Assembly (NCBI GenBank): GCA_963708025.1
Contig: CAVPSB010000001.1
Coordinates: 1-15,211 of the forward strand
Reading direction: 5' to 3'
Source: an uncultured Candidatus Rokubacteria bacterium
Lineage (GTDB): Bacteria > Methylomirabilota > Methylomirabilia > Rokubacteriales > DASRDR01
DNA length: 15,211 bases
In this document: piece by piece, positions 9,435-15,211 of the stretch
Position numbering within the stretch: the first letter of the stretch is position 1
How the letters are laid out: each line of letters opens with the position of its first letter
Made by a program: the position numbers and the translations under genes
Notes under the pieces: generated by a model
Seen by the model: only the letters and a program-made list of their open reading frames with translations
Told to the model about the DNA's origin: nothing
The model's database searches: none

Positions 9435-10376
9435 TCAGCCGGGGAGGGGGTGCTCGTCGGTCACCCAGCCCCGGGTGAGGAACAACCAAAACGCCAGGCC
9501 GGCGTAGGGGCCGTAGCGGCGGAACCGTCGGCGGATGGCGTCGTCGGCCACCGTCTTCCTACCGACCAGCTTCGCGTACGTGGGCCGGGTCCAGGAGTCC
9601 AGGACCAGCCGCGAATGCCTCCCCAGCACCATCAGCACGTGGGCGGCGGCGTACGGCCCGATGCCGGGCAGGGCCAGGAGTCGTTCGTACGCCTCGTGGT
9701 CGGACGGCGCGCCGGGACCGGTCCGGCCCAGCGGCTCGAGGTCGACCTCGCCCCGCGCCACCATCCGCGCGAGGTTCCGCAGGTACGGCGCCCGGTACCC
9801 GGCCCGAACCACGTCCCGGTAGAACCGCTCCGGGCGGGCGGCCATCGTTTCGGCCGAGGGGAATGCCCGGCCCTCCCACCCGCCTGGCGGGGCGCCCGGG
9901 GCCGGCCTGCCCAGGTTCGCCACCAGCGCCGACACCATCTTCACGGTGGCCGACCACGCGACGTTCGTCGTGCAGATGGTCTTGACGACGTCCTCGAACA
10001 CGGTGGGGCTTCGGATCATCCGGCCCGCGCCGGCCGCCGCCCACGACAGCGCGGGGTCCTCGGCGGCCCGCGCGTAGAACGGGGACAGGTCCTGGTCGAG
10101 GCTGAGGACGAGGCGAACGCACGCCACCACCGCCTCCTGCACGTTGGGTCCGGGGCGGGGGCCGACGACGTCGACGGCGGCGAATCCCCGCCGGCCGGCG
10201 TGGATCCGAACGGTTCTCGGCCGGTAGCCGTTCGGGCCGAGGGTCGCCTCCAGGAGCCGGGCGTCGGCCGTTGCCCGCATCGGCGGGAGGTCGGCCACGC
10301 CATGGGAGTAGATCGTGCGGCGAAGATCCACCGGTTCGCCGCCGGCGCCCCGCAGCGGGATCTCCGCGGACCACAT
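9435..10376 (-). CDS. HhH-GPD superfamily DNA glycosylase (AlkA/Ogg-like)
   Basis: GAGRMIRSPTVFEDVVKTICTTN, AFPSAE, RAGYRAPYL, HhH motif LLALPGIGPYAA, conserved Asp in VLDSW. Start at ATG 10376 or GTG 10388. Confidence 0.85.
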   Translation of the reverse strand: MWSAEIPLRGAGGEPVDLRRTIYSHGVADLPPMRATADARLLEATLGPNGYRPRTVRIHAGRRGFAAVDVVGPRPGPNVQEAVVACVRLVLSLDQDLSPFYARAAEDPALSWAAAGAGRMIRSPTVFEDVVKTICTTNVAWSATVKMVSALVANLGRPAPGAPPGGWEGRAFPSAETMAARPERFYRDVVRAGYRAPYLRNLARMVARGEVDLEPLGRTGPGAPSDHEAYERLLALPGIGPYAAAHVLMVLGRHSRLVLDSWTRPTYAKLVGRKTVADDAIRRRFRRYGPYAGLAFWLFLTRGWVTDEHPLPG

Positions 10377-10445
10377 GAGGCCTTGCACGATAGCGGCCGG
10401 GCGGGCTTCGCGGCGAGCGAGGGGAGCGCCTAGAGTGGCCCCCTG

Positions 10446-12082
10446 ATGTCCACTCCCGCGCGCGACCTCGCCGATCGCTACTGGGACGGCGTGCTGGAGG
10501 TCAACCCGCTGCTGGCAACTTTGGTGGGCGACGAGCGGTTCGACGACCGCCTGCAGGATCTGTCACCGCGCGGACGGGAGCGGCGCGAGGCGGTGCACCG
10601 CTCCGCGCTGCAGGATCTCGCCGGGATCGACCGGGCGTCGGCGACCCAGGAGGACCGGCTGACGCTCGACCTCGTGGAGACCATGGCCACCCGGGAGGTG
10701 CGCACGCTGGCCCTCGGGTACGACCGCCTCGAGGTGACGGACCACCTGTGGGGGCCGGGGACCCTGTTGGCCGACCTCGGAGTGTTCGCCCAGGGCCACG
10801 ACGCCCGAGCGACGGGACACGCTGGTCCGTCGCCTCGGAGCCATCCCCGCGTACCTGGCCCAGGCGGTGGAGGTGATGGCGGAGGGGGCGGCCACCGGGC
10901 GGGTGGCGGCCGGACTGGTCGTCGACCGGATCATCGGACAGGTCGACCGACTCCTCGAGGCGGGCCCGGAGGAGTGCGCGGTCCTGTCGGCCCTGCCGAG
11001 ACGACGCCGAGGGCCGGACCCGCGCGGTCGAGGCGCTTCGCGACGTTGTGTTCCCCGCGTACGAGACGTACGCGGCCGCGGTCCGCGACTACCGTCCCGG
11101 CGCGCGTTCCGCCCCGGGCCTGGGGTCGCTGCCCGACGGCGACGAGCTGTACGCGGCGCAGATCCTGGGGTTCACCACCCTGCCCCTGACGGCCAAGGAC
11201 GTCCACGAGCTCGGCCTGGCGGAGCTTGCTCGGATCCAGGAGGAAAAGGTCGAGGTGGCCCGCTCGTTGGGGGCGCTCGACGCCGAGTCGGCCGTTGCCA
11301 TGTGGCGGGAGGCCGGGCGTGATTCCTTCGCCTCGCGGGAGGAGATCGTGGCGCTCGCACGGGAGCAGGCGGATCGAAGCTGGGCCGCGGCGCCGCGGTT
11401 TTTCGGCCGCATGCCGGACCGCAACTGCGAGGTCCGGCCCATCGACGCACAGCGCGAGGCCGACCAGCCGGAGCACTACATCCCGCCGTCGGCCGACGGC
11501 TCCCGGCCCGGCGTGTACTACGTGAACACCATCGACCCCACGGCCCGGCCCCGTCACGCGCTGGCCACCACGACGTACCACGAGTCGAATCCCGGTCATC
11601 ACTTCCAGGGATCGCTGGAGGTCGAGGCGGCCGACCGGGCGGCCATCCGCCGGTTCGCCGCCGACCTCATCGGGACAGCCTTCTGCGAGGGATGGGGGCT
11701 GTACTCCGAGCGCCTGGCCGACGAGATGGGGCTGTACGAGAACGAGTACGAGCGGCTGGGGATGCTGGAGATGCAGGCGTTCCGCGCCGCCCGGTTGGTG
11801 GTGGACACCGGGATCCACGCGTTCGGCTGGGACCGCGAGGGAGCCATCGACACACTCGCCTCGTCGGGCATTCCCGCAGCCGTCGCCGCGCGCGAGGTGG
11901 ACCGCTACGTGTCGATCCCCGGCCAGGCGCTGTGCTACAAGCTCGGCCAGTTGGAGATCGAACGCTGGCGGGCGGAGGCGTCCCGCCGGTCGGACTTCTC
12001 CCTCCCCGAGTTCCACGATCGCCTGCTGTCGCTCGGCTCGCTGCCGTTGCCCACGCTGCGCCGCGAGATGGGGGAGGCGTGA
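10446..12082 (+). CDS. DUF885-family protein (putative metallopeptidase-like), with frameshifts near 10800 and 11000
   Basis: NPLLATLVGD..FDDRL, FTTLPLTAKDVHELGLAE, PSADGSRPGVYYVN, YHESNPGHHFQ, FCEGWGLYSE, RAARLVVDTGIH, EVDRY..PGQALCYKLG, FHDRLLSLGSLPL. No signal peptide evident. Confidence 0.88.
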
Positions 12083-13046
12083 GGGCCTTCGTCACCGGGG
12101 GCACCGGGTTCATCGGCGGGCGGGTGATCGCCCGGCTCCGGGAGCGGGGGGACGCGGTGACGGCGCTGGCCCGCACGCCGTCGAAGGCCGGCGCCCTGTC
12201 CGCGCTGGGGTGCGACCTGGCGGAGGGGAGCCTGACCGACGAGGCAGCGGTGCGGAAGGGCGTCGACGGCTGCGACGCCGCCTTCCACGTCGCGGGCGCC
12301 TACGAGGTGGGGATCCCCGAGTCTGCCCGTCCGGCCATGTACGACACGAACGTGACCGGGACAAGGGTGGTGCTCGACGCCGCCGCCGAGGCAGGGGTCC
12401 CCCGCATCGTGTACGTGTCCACGGTGAACGTGTTCGGCAACACCAGGGGACGGGTGGTCGACGAGACCTACGTCCGCCCCGCCGGAGATCCCTTCCTCTC
12501 GTACTACGACGAGACGAAGTTCCGCGCCCACGCGGTCGCCGTGGAGCGCGCGGCGAAGGGCGCGCCGGTGGTGATCGCCCAGCCCGGCGGGGTGTACGGG
12601 CCCGGCGACCACTCCGAGGTGGGGAACCAGCTCGATCAGCTTCGAACCGGAAAGCTCCGATTCGTCTCGTTCCCGGAGCTGGGGCTGAACCTGGCCCATG
12701 TCGACGACATCGCCCACGGCATCCTGCTGGTCGGGGAGCGGGGGAGCTCGCCCAGTCCTACGTGCTGGGCGGGGAGATCACCACGATGGGCCAGGTGCTG
12801 GCGAAGGCCGCCGCCATCCTGGGCCGGAAGCCTCCCCGGCTCACCATGCCCACCCCCCTGATCAAGTCCGCCATCCCGGTGGCGCCGTGGTCACCAAGAT
12901 GCTGGGCGTGGCACCCGAACCTCCGGGAGCTGATCTCGGCTGCCGACGGCGTGACGTACTGGGCTACCGACGAGAAGGCGCGAACCCAGCTCGGCTACGC
13001 CCCACGCGATCTGGAGACCGGCCTGCGGCAGACCCTCCTGGGATAG
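12079..13046 (+). CDS. NAD-dependent epimerase/dehydratase (extended SDR, dihydroflavonol-reductase-like), with frameshifts
   Basis: GTG 12079 overlaps the DUF885 stop (GTGA), after GGAGG. TGGTGFIG, FHVAG, NVTGT, YVST, YDETK (YxxxK), PGGVYGPGD, HVDDIAHG. Frameshift near 12745 and a compensating pair at about 12882-12915. Confidence 0.88.
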
Positions 13047-13055
13047 GGGTCCGGG

Positions 13056-13649
13056 TTGGGTCCCGAGCGGACGCAGCGCGTCGTGCTGGTGCGGCACGGG
13101 TCGACTGAGTGGAGCGAGCGCGGGTGCCACAGCGGCCGCACCGATGTCCCGCTCACGGATGAGGGACGGCGGCAGGCAGAGGCAATCCGACCGTGCATCG
13201 CCGCGTGGCGATTCGCCGCCGTGTTCACCAGCCCGCTGTCCCGCGCGCGGGAGACGGCGGCGCTGGCCGGGTTCCCGGATGCCACGGTGACCGACGATCT
13301 CCGCGAGTGGGACTACGGGGACGACGAGGGGCGAACCACCCCGGAGATCCGCGAGGAACGGCCGAACTGGTTCCTGTGGCGAGACGGCGTCCCGAACGGC
13401 GAGACCCTGGCGGACGTCGGGGCTCGCGCGGACCGGATGGTTGAGGCCGTCCGGGCGGTCGACGGGGACGTGGCCCTGTTCGCCCACGGCCACGTGCTGC
13501 GGATCCTGACGGCCCAATGGCTCGGACTGGAGCCCGGACGGGGAAGGAGCTTCGCCCTGGGCACCGGGACCATCAGCACCCTCGGGTACGAACGCGAGGT
13601 GCCGGTGATCATCGAGTGGAACGTGGCCTGCCGGCCCGACCCGAAGTGA
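13056..13649 (+). CDS. Histidine phosphatase family protein
   Basis: VLVRHGSTEWS, SPLSRARETA, LREWDYG, PNGET, FAHGHVLR motifs. TTG start uncertain. Confidence 0.9.
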   Translation: MGPERTQRVVLVRHGSTEWSERGCHSGRTDVPLTDEGRRQAEAIRPCIAAWRFAAVFTSPLSRARETAALAGFPDATVTDDLREWDYGDDEGRTTPEIREERPNWFLWRDGVPNGETLADVGARADRMVEAVRAVDGDVALFAHGHVLRILTAQWLGLEPGRGRSFALGTGTISTLGYEREVPVIIEWNVACRPDPK

Positions 13650-14598
13650 CGGGCCGGGCGTCCTCTCGGATCACCTCGATGACATCGTCTTCGTCCAGGG
13701 GGTGGTCGCGCCCGACGAGCTGACCGGGAAACCGGACCGAGGTGCCCCATACGTGCGCTCCTCGACAGCTCCCGGCCAGCTCGCGGTGCAGATCGCGTCG
13801 GCGACGTCCACCACGGTGGCGCCCGGATGGACGGCCATGGGATCCGCCGACTCCGAGCCCGGCCGGCGAGTGAACACCCGCATCAGCCCGGTGAGCCGCC
13901 AGACTGCGTCGCGGGAAATCGCACCAGGCTGGCGTCGTCGAGAATCGAAACGAGCACGACCCCCAGATCTCCGGCCGCGAGCCGAAGTCGCGCGATCGCC
14001 CGGCGGCGACGGCTTCGTCTGACCTTCGTCGCGGCGAGGAGGGCCGGACGCGAGATCCCCGCCGCGTCGACCTCGGCACGGACCTCCTCCAGCGCGCCGA
14101 ACGACGCGGACGCCTCGTGGCAGTACACGATGGCGTCGGCGCCCCGGAGGACGCCGAGGAGCGCGCGACCCCCTCCGCGGTCCTCTCCTGCGCCGGAGAT
14201 GAGGCCCGGGATCTCTACCAGTTGGACGGGAAGGCCCTGGATCCGCGTCACGGCCGCGACCGGCCGGAGCGTGGTGAACGGATAGTCGCCGGTCTTATCT
14301 GGATGTTCGAGAGCGCCTGCAGGAGCGAGGACTTGCCCATGTTCGGCGCGCCGACCAGCGCCACCTGTGCGACGCCCTCGCGCCGAACCGCGATCGAGTC
14401 GCGGTGCACCACCCGGGAGCGGACGCGGGTCCGTTCGATCTCTCCGAGGACCCACTTGCGGATGTCGGCGTAGGGTCCGTTCTTGTAGTCGGGGAGATCC
14501 CGCAGGATGGACCTGAGCTCGCGCACACGGTCGGTCCCGTCCTTCCCCACGAGCCGTCGCTTGATCAGCTGCATCTGGACCTGATGTGGCATGGGCAC
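13609..14598 (-). CDS. DRG/OBG-like TRAFAC GTPase with C-terminal TGS domain, frameshifted
   Basis: GTG 14598 lies 8 nt after AAGGAGG (alternative ATG 14592). N-terminal helical segment, then VRREGVAQVALVGAPNMGKSSLL (G1), GDYPFTT (G2), VQLVEIPGLISGAGEDRGGGRALL (G3 region), TKVDE (G4, after removing one base near 14020) and TGS-like MRVFTR...GATVVDVADA.HRE...AHVWGTSVRFPGQLVGRDHPLDEDDVIEV. Frameshifts near 14297, 14020, about 13990-13890 and 13790. Confidence 0.85.
13631..13657. terminator. GC-rich hairpin at the convergent phosphatase/GTPase junction
   Basis: ccggcccg (13631-13638) and cgggccgg (13650-13657) form an 8-bp inverted repeat spanning the phosphatase stop. No U-tract. Confidence 0.35.
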
Positions 14599-14795
14599 GA
14601 CGCGTTCCTCCTTCGTCGAATGCGGGAGGAGCGGATCACTCGTGGATACCGGACCGTGGGTCCGGCGTCGAGACGCGTGCGCCTGCTCCCGCTGCTTCCC
14701 CTGACGCGTGGTGGGAAGCAGCGGTCTAGCCGGTTTGCCTGAGCACCTCCAGGCGCCAGCGCGCTTCGCGACGTTGTGCCACGGCCGGGAGTTTA
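14596..14795 (-). promoter_or_regulatory. Putative promoter plus structured attenuator leader of the GTPase gene
   Basis: TAAACT 14795-14790. Perfect 12-bp hairpin 14724-14713/14700-14689. 7-bp hairpin 14665-14659/14655-14649. Anti-SD TCCTCC 14630-14625 complementary to GGAGGA 14611-14606. Alternative pairing GCGGGAG 14692-14686 with CTCCCGC 14628-14622. Confidence 0.65.
14726..14782 (-). CDS. Putative 18-aa leader peptide MAQRREARWRLEVLRQTG
   Basis: GTG 14782 to TAG 14726. The start is 7 nt after a TAAACT hexamer and has no Shine-Dalgarno, as expected for a leaderless transcript. Followed immediately by a 12-bp hairpin. Confidence 0.55.
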   Translation of the reverse strand: MAQRREARWRLEVLRQTG

Positions 14796-14798
14796 CGC

Positions 14799-15211
14799 CT
14801 ACGAACCGCCGGCGACCACGGCCAGGACCGCGACGACGACGTAGATCGCCCAGCGCCCCGGCCACCAGCATCGTGCGCAGCGAAGCCGGGATCGGCGACT
14901 TCCCGATGATGAAGTACAGGATCGGCCCGATCAGCGGCAGCAACAGGATGACCAGCATCCAGGTGATCTTCCGGCGGTTGGCCAGGTCCTCGCGCCGGAT
15001 GAGGTCCCAGAACGCCACGGCGATCCACGCCACCAGGAGGACGAGCGGCATCAGATACGCGTAGGTGGTGAGCAGGAGGCTCCACCACGTCGGAGCGGCG
15101 AGGAACGAGATTCCGAGCACGGTGACCTCCCTGGATCCCTTGGGGCCTTCGATGTCGCGCAGGCCGAGCTGCTGCACCGTCACGTTGCCGGGGACCGCGA
15201 CCTCGGGGGCC
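14799..15211 (-). CDS. Membrane protein with C-terminal PLDc_N (phospholipase D/nuclease N-terminal)-like domain; 5' part lies outside the window
   Basis: LLVAWIAVAFWDLIRREDLANRRKITWMLVILLLPLIGPILYFIIGK fits the PLDc_N pattern. Removing one G from the run at 14849-14851 gives a final TM helix GALAIYVVVAVLAVVAGGS ending at TAG 14801-14799. Confidence 0.7.

Noticed and set aside
13609-13649. 41-nt convergent coding overlap between the phosphatase and the GTPase
   Set aside because: The GTPase tail beyond the TGS end is low-information and may come from stop loss or an indel. No evidence of function.
14248-15183. 311-aa ORF appearing to fuse the PLDc_N membrane protein to the GTPase N-terminus
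   Set aside because: Explained by one extra G at 14849-14851. The corrected frame ends in a TM helix and TAG at 14799, and the GTPase has its own strong SD.
1-15211. CRISPR arrays, tRNA/rRNA genes, transposases, integrases
   Set aside because: No regularly spaced repeats, RNA-gene signatures or mobile-element protein motifs were seen.

Overview
GC-rich (roughly 70%+) bacterial DNA with an actinobacterial look, carrying many single-base frameshifts that are most simply read as long-read consensus errors. The left half is a methylated-amine/one-carbon cluster: a non-pyrrolysine MttB-family methyltransferase coupled to a MetF-type methylene-THF reductase (+), converging on a heterotetrameric sarcosine oxidase operon soxBDAG (-). 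A lower-GC ~0.4 kb stretch with an orphan membrane-anchored ORF separates soxA from soxG. The middle and right hold an EamA transporter, a secreted alpha/beta hydrolase, an HhH DNA glycosylase, a DUF885-epimerase-histidine phosphatase operon, a DRG/OBG-like TGS-domain GTPase and the 3' end of a PLDc_N-type membrane protein. The most notable signal is the GTPase 5' region (14596-14795, minus strand). It has a -10 box, an apparently leaderless 18-aa Arg-rich peptide ORF containing RWR, and mutually exclusive helices that can hide or free the GTPase Shine-Dalgarno. This is a candidate ribosome-stalling translational attenuator controlling a bacterial DRG-like ribosome GTPase. All family calls come from motif recognition by eye, not database searches.
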